From NCBI GenBank assembly GCA_030619905.1, contig JAUXAO010000002.1:65193-129192 (forward strand): a stretch of 64,000 nt of DNA, given 5' to 3'. This DNA comes from a bacterium (lineage in GTDB: Bacteria > Patescibacteriota > Minisyncoccia > Minisyncoccales > CG1-02-41-26). The notes below the pieces were generated by a model, which made no database searches, was not told where the DNA came from, and worked only from the letters and a program-made list of their open reading frames with translations. The translations under genes and the position numbers were made by a program. Shown one piece after another: positions 54,132-62,918 of this stretch; the first letter of the stretch is position 1, and every line of letters starts with the position of its first letter.

Positions 54132-54803
54132 TTATAGTCTATCTGGATAATCGGTTGTGATAGCATCCACTCCCATTCTCTTCATCTTTGCTATGTCTTT
54201 CTTTTCATTAACCTCCCAAGCATCAATAAATAAGCCACTCTTATGGACTTCTTTAACTAGTTTCTCAGTTATTATTGAGTGATGAGGACTAATAAAATCT
54301 GCTTTTGCATTTTTTGCTCCTCTTATAATTTTTTCTGCTTTTATTCTTTTTCTTATGCCTCCTAATTCTACTTTCAAATCAGGGCAAATATTTTTGACTT
54401 TCCTGGCAACTGAGAAAAAATCTGTTGTAATTATTACTCTTTTCTCTAGATGTCTTTGTTTTATAAATTTAATGACCTTTTCTTCTATCCCTTTTTCTTT
54501 AAGATGAATTTTATAAACGCAACTATGGTTTAAAATTTTTAGTGCATCTTTTAAGGTAAGAATATCTTCTCCGTCTTTTTGTTTTATCTTTCTTATTTGT
54601 CTCAAAGTCAAATCTTTTACCAAATCGCTGTTATTCGCCACCCTCTTTAAATCTTCATCATGAACCACTACTATTCTTTTATCTTTGGTAAGACGCACAT
54701 CAAATTCAACCCCTTCAGTATTCAATTTAAGAGCTTCCTTAAATGATTTTTTTGTATTTTCTAATATATGGCCGGAAGCACCACGGTGAGCAATCTTCAG
54801 CAT
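54132..54803 (-). CDS. glycerophosphodiester phosphodiesterase
   Basis: IAHRGASG..ENT...F..A......GVEFDVRLTKD...VV.HD motifs. Confidence 0.85.
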   Translation of the reverse strand: MLKIAHRGASGHILENTKKSFKEALKLNTEGVEFDVRLTKDKRIVVVHDEDLKRVANNSDLVKDLTLRQIRKIKQKDGEDILTLKDALKILNHSCVYKIHLKEKGIEEKVIKFIKQRHLEKRVIITTDFFSVARKVKNICPDLKVELGGIRKRIKAEKIIRGAKNAKADFISPHHSIITEKLVKEVHKSGLFIDAWEVNEKKDIAKMKRMGVDAITTDYPDRL

Positions 54804-54821
54804 GTATTTCTAGTCCTATTG

Positions 54822-54850
54822 AAAATAAAAACTCAAGAGGAGAACTCTCG
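54822..54850 (-). terminator. terminator-like hairpin inside the 5' UTR of the GDPD gene (possible attenuator)
   Basis: Minus strand reads CTCGAGAG-TTCTC-CTCTTGAG followed by TTTTTATTTT. It lies about 60 nt downstream of the 54909-54936 promoter and 20 nt before ATG 54803. Confidence 0.4.
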
Positions 54851-54908
54851 AAGTTAAATTTTCCATCTTAGTAAAAGAAACAGTGATGAATTTTTAATTT
54901 GTTATATT

Positions 54909-54936
54909 ATTATATTTCCTCTGAATAGCTTGTCAA
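54909..54936 (-). promoter_or_regulatory. sigma-70-type promoter for the GDPD gene
   Basis: Minus strand reads TTGACA (54936-54931), a 16-nt spacer, then TATAAT (54914-54909). Confidence 0.55.
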
Positions 54937-54972
54937 GTCCCTTTAGAAGAAATTCAACAAATAACTTCTCGA

Positions 54973-55773
54973 TTAACTAAAAACAAGATCATATGTTTTT
55001 GAACAAGGACTACAAATAAAAAAATCTCCTTTCAACCTTTTAGCTCCAAATCCTTCTATTGCTTTTAGTGCTTTATTGTAAGATGTAAATCCGGCAAACA
55101 CTGTTGGCCCACTGCCAGACATACCAAATTCATTAGATATGGAAGAAAAGTAAGAATAAAGTTTTCCAACATCCGAACAAATCTCTTTGGCTAGATCAAG
55201 AAAAGTTTTGCCTTTTTTATCAAATAACGAATACATTTCTGACGTGTTAATTCTTTTATATGGTACAGCTAAAATATAAAATTTAGAGTGTTTTTTCTTC
55301 TCTGGTTTTATTTTTTCTCCAATTCCTTCAACTAAAGCAGTTCCTATATTTGAAATAAAAAAAGGCACATCTGCTCCGACTTTAGTGCCTATTTTAATAA
55401 GTTCATTCAAACTCAGATTCAATCCATAAAGTTTATTTAAACCAATTAAAGTTGCTGCTGCATTACTGGACCCGCCTCCTAATCCTGCACTAATTGGAAT
55501 ATTTTTAGTTAAATGAATTTTACAAGGAAGGTCCTTTTTTGTAAAAGCCTCCAATGCCTTTTTGGCTCTGGTTACCAAATTTTCTTTAGTTGGACAAATT
55601 TCAGGACTGATTAAACAAAATTCTTTTTCTTCTCTAGAAATTGAAACTATGTCGTAAAGATCAATTGCTTGAAATACTGAACGGATTCTATGATAGCCAT
55701 TGCTTAGTTTACCTAAAATCTCAAAACTAAGATTAATCTTGGCGTAAGCTTTAATTTCCAATTTAGTTATCAT
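54973..55773 (-). CDS. ispE: GHMP kinase, 4-(cytidine 5'-diphospho)-2-C-methyl-D-erythritol kinase-like
   Basis: AYAKINLSFEILGK..NGYH.I.SVFQAIDLYD N-terminus and the GHMP motif PISAGLGGGSSNAAA. Confidence 0.7.
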   Translation of the reverse strand: MITKLEIKAYAKINLSFEILGKLSNGYHRIRSVFQAIDLYDIVSISREEKEFCLISPEICPTKENLVTRAKKALEAFTKKDLPCKIHLTKNIPISAGLGGGSSNAAATLIGLNKLYGLNLSLNELIKIGTKVGADVPFFISNIGTALVEGIGEKIKPEKKKHSKFYILAVPYKRINTSEMYSLFDKKGKTFLDLAKEICSDVGKLYSYFSSISNEFGMSGSGPTVFAGFTSYNKALKAIEGFGAKRLKGDFFICSPCSKTYDLVFS

Positions 55774-55778
55774 TTTAA

Positions 55779-56120
55779 CTAACAGGTTAAGTGTAGAAAA
55801 GCTACAACTTTTTTACCTTCTTTCTTGACTTGATTATAATTCTCTATTGCCTTGTCAGTTGATTCAATAATCATCTCAATACCTAAGCCTCCAAGAAAAT
55901 CTTCTAACTCCTCAGACAATTTAGCTATTCCTTGTTCTCCGGTTCCAAAGATTACTGTCTCTGGCTTCTTGTCTAGAAATGATTCGACGTCTTTCTTTTG
56001 AAAAAGATGGGATTTCTCACGCCACCAAGAACTTACTTTATCATCCAAATCAATAAAAACATCTTTCTCAAATTTTTGACCATTGATTTTAATCAGACCA
56101 AAATGATAATCTTCAATCAT
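55779..56120 (-). CDS. Mth938-like (DUF498) domain protein
   Basis: F.YG.I.INGQ.F..DV.I start and overall size match Mth938-domain proteins. Confidence 0.55.
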   Translation of the reverse strand: MIEDYHFGLIKINGQKFEKDVFIDLDDKVSSWWREKSHLFQKKDVESFLDKKPETVIFGTGEQGIAKLSEELEDFLGGLGIEMIIESTDKAIENYNQVKKEGKKVVAFLHLTC

Positions 56121-56139
56121 ATTTTTGAGGTTTTGATGT

Positions 56140-56538
56140 TTAACCCTGAAAAATTTTAATTATTACATCTCGAGTTCTTGGTCCATTTAATTCAACTAAA
56201 AATATCTTTTGCCAAGTTCCTCGAATTAGTCTTCCATTTTCAACAATCAAGGTTTTCCCTTGGCCAATTAAACCAGAAAGAATATGAGAGTCAGCGTTGT
56301 TGTCAATTTGATTATGAAGAAAATCAAAATCAGAAACTAATTTTTTTAAAACTTTTAACCAGTCCTCTTTTAAACCTGATTCATCTTCTGTTAAAACAAT
56401 GCCTGCTGTGGAATGAGGAATAAAAACTAGAATCAAGCCATTTTTGATATCGCTTTCTTGAACTATTTTTTCCACTCTTTCGGTAATATCTATCAATTCA
56501 TATCTTTCCTTAGTGGAAATATTAAATTCTTTAAGCAT
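56140..56538 (-). CDS. yjbQ: YjbQ/UPF0047 family protein (secondary thiamine-phosphate synthase type)
   Basis: HSTAGI.LTEDESGL, NADSHI and TWQ.IFLVE motifs. Confidence 0.8.
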   Translation of the reverse strand: MLKEFNISTKERYELIDITERVEKIVQESDIKNGLILVFIPHSTAGIVLTEDESGLKEDWLKVLKKLVSDFDFLHNQIDNNADSHILSGLIGQGKTLIVENGRLIRGTWQKIFLVELNGPRTRDVIIKIFQG

Positions 56539-56565
56539 TGAATGATGTTTCTTTCCTTAACACTT

Positions 56566-56751
56566 TTACTCAAGCTTTCTCCAAACTCTATCCCAAAATG
56601 TTTTCCAATAATAGTGTTTAAGAAAAAGATACAAGCCAAAGGCAACTAAAGCCATTGGCCAAATAACTCCCCAAACATCTCCGCTGATAATGCCTAGATT
56701 CCTGAGTAGGAAAACAACTCCAATAATAACAAAAAGAGAAGCAATAAACAT
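56566..56751 (-). CDS. small two-TM protein (DUF5668/LiaF-TM-like)
   Basis: FLLRNLGII...W..IWP..LV..GL pattern. Confidence 0.4.
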   Translation of the reverse strand: MFIASLFVIIGVVFLLRNLGIISGDVWGVIWPMALVAFGLYLFLKHYYWKTFWDRVWRKLE

Positions 56752-56829
56752 TTTATTATTTGTTAAAAGGTTTTAACTTTCAACAAGATTATCCGAATTC
56801 GACCTTTTCAATTATCTTTTTTTGATTTA

Positions 56830-57777
56830 CTAAAATAGATTAAACAGCTTGGCAATGAACAAAATGTAAATGAGTAAATACATTGCTCCTTCCCATTTAT
56901 AGATTTTTCGGGTAATACCGGAGATTACATATAAAAGTGTTGCCGCAATAAAGAAAGGAATACCAACTGATAAAATTATCGGGGTAACATCTAAGGTTTT
57001 AATCAAAGCAGGAATCCCAAGCACCACAAACCCGTTAAATAAATTAGAACCAAAAATATTTCCTAAAGCTAATGCATCATTTCCTTTCCTGGCAGCCGAA
57101 ATAGAAACAAAAATCTCTGGTAAAGATGTTCCAACAGCAACAGCGGTCAAAGCAATCACAGCCGTACCGATATTCAAGATTTCGGATATTTTAACAACTG
57201 ATTCAATTGCATAATTTGCTCCGTAATAAATAAAAATAGCTCCAAAAACAAGCCCCAGAATTATTTTCAAGTTCAGTTTTTCTTTTTTGGCTTTTTCTTT
57301 CTCTTTTTCTTTTCTTTCTTTATGTTTCAACGTATAGTGAAGATAAACAAAATAACCAGCTAAAGCTATAATACCCTCCCAAAACGTAACCTTGCCGTCC
57401 CACAAAAACATGAGCATCAATATTATTGATCCTCCAGCCAGCAAAGGTAAATCAAGATTTATAAGGTTTCTGGTAACTTGTAATCTTCCTTTTTTTGATA
57501 AAACAGCTGCCAGTCCTACTACTAATAAAATATTAGCGATATTAGAACCAACAACATTCCCAGCCACTATCTCTGTTGCTCCCTTTAAAACAGCAGAAAT
57601 AGAAGAAGCCAGTTCTGGCAAGGATGTTCCAATACTAACAATAGTTACTCCGATAATAAACGGAGATAATCCGAAAAAGCGCCCTACTTTTCCAGCAGAA
57701 TTAGTAAAACAGTCGGCTGCCTTAATCAAAACAGCTAAACTAATAAAGAAAGCACCTATCCAAAAAAGTAAAGACAT
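56830..57777 (-). CDS. Ca2+/Na+ antiporter (CaCA family), second copy
   Basis: Alpha repeats GNVVGSNIANILLVVG and GNIFGSNLFNGFVVLG. Confidence 0.8.
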   Translation of the reverse strand: MSLLFWIGAFFISLAVLIKAADCFTNSAGKVGRFFGLSPFIIGVTIVSIGTSLPELASSISAVLKGATEIVAGNVVGSNIANILLVVGLAAVLSKKGRLQVTRNLINLDLPLLAGGSIILMLMFLWDGKVTFWEGIIALAGYFVYLHYTLKHKERKEKEKEKAKKEKLNLKIILGLVFGAIFIYYGANYAIESVVKISEILNIGTAVIALTAVAVGTSLPEIFVSISAARKGNDALALGNIFGSNLFNGFVVLGIPALIKTLDVTPIILSVGIPFFIAATLLYVISGITRKIYKWEGAMYLLIYILFIAKLFNLF

Positions 57778-57845
57778 AAATTATATTTATTTAAAACAGT
57801 CCTCAATTAATTTTTTCTTAATCTAAGATTAAATTCAATTCTTTG

Positions 57846-58046
57846 TCATTTATGAGAATTCTGTTCTCTAATAAAATTCTCAATCGAGCGGTCATAAGTT
57901 TTTTCAGCTTCTTTTGAAAAAAGACAAGCTGGTAATTCCCCTCTCCCCCAGTGATATTTGATACAATCACAACAAAGTCCTTTTCTCGGACAATCAGACC
58001 AAGTGCAAGGACAATCTTTTAAGTTTTGTTCCTGTTTACATTCCAT
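57846..58046 (-). CDS. small Cys-rich protein (DUF6485-like)
   Basis: MECK....L.DCPCT...CPRKG.CC.C..YH...GELPAC.F pattern. Confidence 0.5.
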   Translation of the reverse strand: MECKQEQNLKDCPCTWSDCPRKGLCCDCIKYHWGRGELPACLFSKEAEKTYDRSIENFIREQNSHK

Positions 58047-58048
58047 AA

Positions 58049-58270
58049 TTATTCATTTCCTTGAACTAGATTTCTCGCCTTTTTCTTACTAAAGATAAAG
58101 ATATAAAGAATCTCTAAAATAGCCAAGGTGTTAATTACTAAAATGGCAATGAACCACCACTTACTGTTGTTCTTAGCTGCTTTCCATAAAGCCACTCCTT
58201 TCCAAGGTAAAGTCCATAAAAGAATCAACAAAATAATCCATTGATTTTCTAATAAAAATTCTTCCGTCAT
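58049..58270 (-). CDS. DUF5652-like small membrane protein
   Basis: LPWKGVALWKAAKNN.KWWFIAILVINTL.ILEILYIF pattern. Confidence 0.6.
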   Translation of the reverse strand: MTEEFLLENQWIILLILLWTLPWKGVALWKAAKNNSKWWFIAILVINTLAILEILYIFIFSKKKARNLVQGNE

Positions 58271-58422
58271 ATTTTTACTTTTTTATTACTTCTTTAATAC
58301 TTAACTGACCTTTTTAAAAATCTTCCAATTGTTTTATTATACCTAAAACAAGCAAAAAGAAAAATAGAGAAGCGCCTTTAAAGTTTAAAGACGCTTCTTT
58401 TATATCCGAGGGCCGTTGTTTT

Positions 58423-58764
58423 TTAAGACTGGGGAGACGGAGATTTCACTATAGCGAGAATCTGTTTTAAAGCCACAATCAATCCTGCTGCAGCAACAAA
58501 AGCAATAAAGTTATTTAAAATTGACACCACTACTGTTGTTAATTTTCCGAGCTGCATACCGGCAATTCCAATAACAAGTAAAGCAATTACCGCTACCAAG
58601 AAGGGAGTACTTTCCCTTTCTGCAATATTAAGAAAACCAACAATTAAACCAAGAATAAAAAGAAAAATCGGTAAAGATGGAACAGCAGCAAAGCCAGCAC
58701 CAGCCACGACAGCTAATACTATTCCAAGAATCAAGGCCCAACGTCCGATAACCATGGAATCCAT
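58423..58764 (-). CDS. hypothetical membrane protein
   Basis: ORF track. Four hydrophobic segments, and more GC-rich than its neighbours. Confidence 0.5.
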   Translation of the reverse strand: MDSMVIGRWALILGIVLAVVAGAGFAAVPSLPIFLFILGLIVGFLNIAERESTPFLVAVIALLVIGIAGMQLGKLTTVVVSILNNFIAFVAAAGLIVALKQILAIVKSPSPQS

Positions 58765-58960
58765 ACTTTTATTTCTTTTAATATATTATTTATTTGATTC
58801 GACTTTTAATAAGAAAGTGGTTCTATTTTGTTAGATCACCTTCTTGTTGTTATTATTACAATTATATCAGTAAAATTTTTTCTATCAAGTCAATAGCAAA
58901 TAAAATACTCTCTAAAAACTGATTCTCCCTATCGGCATTATATACAAAGGTAATATTTCT

Positions 58961-59983
58961 TCATTTTTCAAGAACCGTTTCTGAATATTTTTTCAAAGCT
59001 TCAAGCGCTAAAGCAGTTGTCAATTCTTCAGAGCCAAAATAAGGACCTGATTCTGTCAGATCTATTCCCCTGCAAAACGCTGCCTTTCTTTTCCAAGAAC
59101 CATCTTTTTGTTGATTTTCTAATAAATTGATAAGGCTTGATTCTATTTCATTCCCTGAATAGTTAAAATTTAAAAGTGTGGTTAAGCCAAAAGCTGTTTC
59201 TAATTCATTGCCAAAAGAGCCGTCTTTATTTTGATGGTTTAAAATATAATTAATAATTTCATCTTTGCTCTTGTCAAAGCAGGTAATATTATTTTCGAAT
59301 GCTCTCGAAACCATATAGAAAAATGATAATTTTCCCAGATAATATACAGAGCAGGACTCATCTGATTTAATTGCCTCATTAATATAAGAACATACAGAGG
59401 GATTATTTTCACCTAAATACAATAAAACATTAGCGTTGACAACGCAATCAACATCATTTCTCTCTTTACCTGAATATAACCAAGTAAAAAATAGATTGTC
59501 ATCATTTACATTTTCCTTTATCAACTGATAGTTATCGTCAATATCTATACCATTAGTCTTCAGAATAAAGGAAATAGTAGATATATCATCCAGGTCAGGT
59601 GATATTTTCTTATCATTTCTAGAAGACCAATATCTCCAAATTCCCCCTTCTTCCTGCTCGTTTAATAAAAAATCTAAAGCTTTTTCAGTCATAATCTCTA
59701 CTTTTTCACCTTCCATATTATTGAAAAAATACAAAACAAAAGTTGTAACAAAAGGAGAACTATCAAAAAGGCATTCTTCTAAATCTTTATCATCGCAAAT
59801 GTATGTTTTAAATTCACCATAATCTAATTGATTCTCATATAAAAAATCTATCCCTTTACTTATAGAATTATTTATTCTTTCTAAGGTTGGAACATTTTCT
59901 AAAGGATTAAAAATATAGATTTTTATTAGTAAAGCAACAATAACTAATAAAAATATTAATACAATTAATAATACTTTTTTCAT
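58961..59983 (-). CDS. exported prenyltransferase/terpene-cyclase-like (alpha-alpha toroid, QW-type repeats) protein
   Basis: N-terminal TM. Repeated Q...DG.F/W motifs (NQLDYGEF, EQEEGGIWRYW, HQNKDGSFG, NQQKDGSWK). Confidence 0.55.
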   Translation of the reverse strand: MKKVLLIVLIFLLVIVALLIKIYIFNPLENVPTLERINNSISKGIDFLYENQLDYGEFKTYICDDKDLEECLFDSSPFVTTFVLYFFNNMEGEKVEIMTEKALDFLLNEQEEGGIWRYWSSRNDKKISPDLDDISTISFILKTNGIDIDDNYQLIKENVNDDNLFFTWLYSGKERNDVDCVVNANVLLYLGENNPSVCSYINEAIKSDESCSVYYLGKLSFFYMVSRAFENNITCFDKSKDEIINYILNHQNKDGSFGNELETAFGLTTLLNFNYSGNEIESSLINLLENQQKDGSWKRKAAFCRGIDLTESGPYFGSEELTTALALEALKKYSETVLEK

Positions 59984-60028
59984 AGAATTGACTTAACAGA
60001 TTTTTATTAATTTTGTGTATATTTTTCT

Positions 60029-60050
60029 ATTCTATCAAAAAACCGCCTCT
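60029..60050 (-). promoter_or_regulatory. U-tract plus extended -10 module (copy F)
   Basis: Minus strand reads CAGAGGCGG TTTTTT GA TAGAAT. It ends the 60037-60279 transcript and precedes the 59983 gene. Confidence 0.45.
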
Positions 60051-60279
60051 GCTAAAAGAAAAAGAGAGAAGAATGTTAGTTTATACAAGCTATAAGAGGT
60101 TAAATAAAATGGAAGCTTGTGTATCCTTCTCTCTTTGAAGTACTGTGTAAGCTTTGCGCTTACAAAGGTTTGCTTATATAAGCAAAGAGGTTAGTTTTTG
60201 CTTATAAGCCGCTCCGCTCTCTTTACGGATAAACCTTGGCAGTTCCTGCCCAGCACGAGGTTTTTTACTTTTAATGTGC
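60037..60279 (-). ncRNA. candidate ~243-nt structured non-coding RNA of unknown class
   Basis: It has a promoter at 60286-60313 and a U-tract at 60037-60042. Hand-found helices are a closing stem CCTC..CTG/CAG.AGG, GGCAG-GAA-CTGCC, GCTTATAAGCAAA/TTTGCTTATA(TA)AGC, TGTAAGC-GCAAA-GCTTACA, and AAAGAGAGAAG.../...CTTCTCTCTTT with an inner ACAAGCT/AGCTTGT. Loops carry an AACCTC motif twice. Confidence 0.5.
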
Positions 60280-60285
60280 ATTTTA

Positions 60286-60313
60286 ATTCTACTAAATATT
60301 ATCTTTTTGTCAA
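60286..60313 (-). promoter_or_regulatory. sigma-70-type promoter
   Basis: Minus strand reads TTGACA (60313-60308), a 16-nt spacer, then TAGAAT (60291-60286). Confidence 0.6.
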
Positions 60314-60430
60314 GAGACTTCATTCAATTTTACTAAATTTCGGCAATTTCAAAGATTTTATTTCTTTCTCTAAATTCCTTAATCAATCTTATTTTTGACT
60401 CAGGAATTTTTAAAATTAGATTTTAAGATA

Positions 60431-60919
60431 TTAATATAAAATAGATTTGTCGTAAATCTGACTTGCCCAAAACATTTTTTTGTCTTTTAACCACTTTAGT
60501 AAAGCCTTTTGCAATACAATAGGTAAAATCTCTTCTTTGAAAAATCTATCAATATCCATGAATAAAAAATCAATATGGTCTTCTTCGCTTTTATCGCTTA
60601 CATTCTCAGCTTCTACGTTAAAAACCAAATCAAGTTCATGATGATGCTTACCATTCTGAATAAAAACATTCTCCACTGCTCCAATAAAAGAATATTTCTT
60701 AATTGATATATTTAACTCTTCTTTTAGTTCCCGAGAAAGTGCTTGTTTTGCGCTCTCACCAAACTCAATATGGCCTCCTGGGGTAAAATAATGATCATTA
60801 TCTTTTTCGTAACAAACCAAAATCTTGTCATTATTTTGAATTATGGCTCTTGCACAAATTTCAAAATTATTATTCTTATTTTTATCCATTTTTTTATTAT
60901 AACTATCTATTATCTCCAT
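60431..60919 (-). CDS. NUDIX hydrolase
   Basis: NUDIX box GGHIEFGESAKQALSRELKEELNI. Confidence 0.8.
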   Translation of the reverse strand: MEIIDSYNKKMDKNKNNNFEICARAIIQNNDKILVCYEKDNDHYFTPGGHIEFGESAKQALSRELKEELNISIKKYSFIGAVENVFIQNGKHHHELDLVFNVEAENVSDKSEEDHIDFLFMDIDRFFKEEILPIVLQKALLKWLKDKKMFWASQIYDKSILY

Positions 60920-61232
60920 CCCCGGAAAGCTTATTTCTTTCTTGGCGAGAACTTAATTTCTCAATGTTAAAACAAGCAATATCATCCAAGGATAAATCTA
61001 GCTCTGTTGCAATTTGAGAAAGATACCATAAAACATCACCAAGTTCCTTTTTTATTTCTTGTCTCTTCAAATCATCAATAATTCCGTTGTTGTTACTTAA
61101 AACTTTCTTAATCTTCTCGGCTACTTCCCCTGCTTCTCCGGTAAGACCTAGTGTTGGATAAATAAAATTATTATCCTTGTCAGGATAAATTGCAGTCTTT
61201 CTTGAAAGTTTTTGATATTCTTCAAAAGTCAT
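60903..61232 (-). CDS. MazG-like nucleoside triphosphate pyrophosphohydrolase (all-alpha NTP-PPase)
   Basis: LGLTGEAGEVAEKIKK and ELGDVLWYL metal-binding motifs (E..E...E..D). Confidence 0.8.
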   Translation of the reverse strand: MTFEEYQKLSRKTAIYPDKDNNFIYPTLGLTGEAGEVAEKIKKVLSNNNGIIDDLKRQEIKKELGDVLWYLSQIATELDLSLDDIACFNIEKLSSRQERNKLSGDGDNR

Positions 61233-61261
61233 ATGATTTTTTAATTTTTATCTACTGTTCT

Positions 61262-61303
61262 ATTCTACTAAAAAATCGCCTTTGTTGAAAGTCGAATTGG
61301 CGA
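61262..61303 (-). promoter_or_regulatory. terminator plus -10 module (copy G)
   Basis: Minus strand reads GTCGCC-(loop)-GGCGA TTTTTT AG TAGAAT, after the rarA stop and before the 61232 gene. Confidence 0.45.
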
Positions 61304-61322
61304 CAAGTTCTTGATGAATTGC

Positions 61323-62450
61323 TTATTTTAGATATTTCTTCCCTTTTAATTTATCTGGTAGTAAATCTTCTTTAGTATATTTCTCATATCCTTTTCCATA
61401 ATCTAATTTCTTCATAAGTTTTGTAGGTGCATTACGTAATAATAAAGGAATTGGCAAGTTTCCATATTTCTTTACATCTTCCATTGCTTTCATATAAGCC
61501 TCGTAAGCACTTCTGTCTTTTTTGCTTTTACATAAATAAACTACTCCATGAGCTAGATTAATACCACATTCTGGCAATCCAATGATTTCCACGGCCCTGA
61601 ATACATCATTTGCCACTACCAAAGCTGTGAGTTGGATTATTCCAATGTCTTCTGAGGCAAAAATAACCATTCTTCTTGCTATAAACTTAGGATCCTCTCC
61701 AGAATCAATCATTCTGGCCAGATAATATAAAGCAGCATCTGGTTGAGAAGCTCTCATGCTTTTAATAAAAGCGGAAATAGTATTATAATGTTCATCTCCT
61801 TGTTTATCATACCTTAGAAACTTTGATTGAAGAGTATTTTTTAAAGTTTCTACGGTAATTTTATTATAAAGCTTGGATGTGCTTTCTAACATGGCAATTG
61901 TTTGTCTTGCATCTCCATTTGCCATAGCAATCAACCAATCCTTTGCTTTTTTATCCATTTTAAATCCAGTTCGTTTGATAATGGCTAGCATTTCTTTTTC
62001 TGAAAGTTCATTTAAAACAAAAACTCTGCATCTTGAAAGCAGAGGCGAAATTACTTCAAAGCTTGGGTTCTCTGCAGTAGCTCCAATAAGAGTTATTTCT
62101 CCTCTCTCTACAATTGGAAGTAAGAAGTCTTGTTGAGCTTTATTAAAGCGATGAATTTCGTCTAAAAACAAGATTTTAGGTTGTTCTCCAGTATCTTCAG
62201 CTACTATCTTTTTAATATCTGTTTTTCCTGCTGAAACAGCAGATAATTCGTAAAAACGTGCTTTTAAACTATTAGCATATATCTTGGCTAAAGTAGTTTT
62301 TCCTGTTCCTGGAGGACCCCAGAGAATAAAAGAAAATAGATGCTTTTGTTTTATAGCAATATTTAAAGGCTTGCCTTCCCCTGCTAGATGTTCTTGTCCT
62401 ACAAATCCTTTTAATGTTTTTGGCCTTATCCTTGAAGCTAATGGTTCCAT
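61323..62450 (-). CDS. rarA: replication-associated recombination protein A (MgsA/RarA), without the N-terminal zinc finger
   Basis: LASRIRPKTL, Walker A GPPGTGKTT, FLDEIHRFNK and the C-terminal MgsA_C pattern (YDKQGDEHYN.ISA..KS.R.S.PDAALYY..RM). Confidence 0.9.
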   Translation of the reverse strand: MEPLASRIRPKTLKGFVGQEHLAGEGKPLNIAIKQKHLFSFILWGPPGTGKTTLAKIYANSLKARFYELSAVSAGKTDIKKIVAEDTGEQPKILFLDEIHRFNKAQQDFLLPIVERGEITLIGATAENPSFEVISPLLSRCRVFVLNELSEKEMLAIIKRTGFKMDKKAKDWLIAMANGDARQTIAMLESTSKLYNKITVETLKNTLQSKFLRYDKQGDEHYNTISAFIKSMRASQPDAALYYLARMIDSGEDPKFIARRMVIFASEDIGIIQLTALVVANDVFRAVEIIGLPECGINLAHGVVYLCKSKKDRSAYEAYMKAMEDVKKYGNLPIPLLLRNAPTKLMKKLDYGKGYEKYTKEDLLPDKLKGKKYLK

Positions 62451-62489
62451 TGGATTATTAATAGATAAGATTGATTTTATGCCTTTTTT

Positions 62490-62517
62490 ATTCTACCAAA
62501 AAACTGCCTATTTTTTG
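62490..62517 (-). promoter_or_regulatory. A/U hairpin plus extended -10 module (copy H)
   Basis: Minus strand reads CAAAAAA-TAGGCAG-TTTTTTG G TAGAAT, directly after stop 62518 and before rarA. Confidence 0.4.
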
Positions 62518-62883
62518 TTAATTAAATATAACTACCAATGCTAAAATTACAATATGTAAAACTTGATCAATTACAGTGAGTAACATTATCCAAGAAAATT
62601 CTGACGTGTTTTCCCTAGTCGTTCTCTTGAAATTCTCTAACAACCAAACTTCAAATTTTCGTCTATCAAGAATAACATGAGAGACAAACAGTAAAATTAA
62701 CCAAGCTAAATCAATTCCATATATCAAAAACACTGGAATAAAACCTACTGTATAAACTGTACAATGAAAAAATAAAGGCAACCATTTTTTAGATTTATTC
62801 GCCGCCTCCCACTTCCATTGAAATATCCAATCTACTACGAAGTGGGTAACCAGTAATGCTTCAAAAAGTGTTAATTCGTACAT
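62518..62883 (-). CDS. DUF3307-like membrane protein
   Basis: THFVVDWIFQ...A..K......FFHC..Y pattern with several TM helices. Confidence 0.55.
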   Translation of the reverse strand: MYELTLFEALLVTHFVVDWIFQWKWEAANKSKKWLPLFFHCTVYTVGFIPVFLIYGIDLAWLILLFVSHVILDRRKFEVWLLENFKRTTRENTSEFSWIMLLTVIDQVLHIVILALVVIFN

Positions 62884-62918
62884 ATTTTTTAATTTTCCTT
62901 AACTTCGGACTAAATTTA

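Noticed and set aside
60037-60279. I tested whether the second structured RNA is the small SRP (4.5S) RNA.
   Set aside because: It shares GUGCUG and GCCAAGG strings with E. coli 4.5S RNA. However, it lacks the GGAA tetraloop and the GGAAGCAGC symmetric-loop motif needed for Ffh binding, and it is about twice as long.
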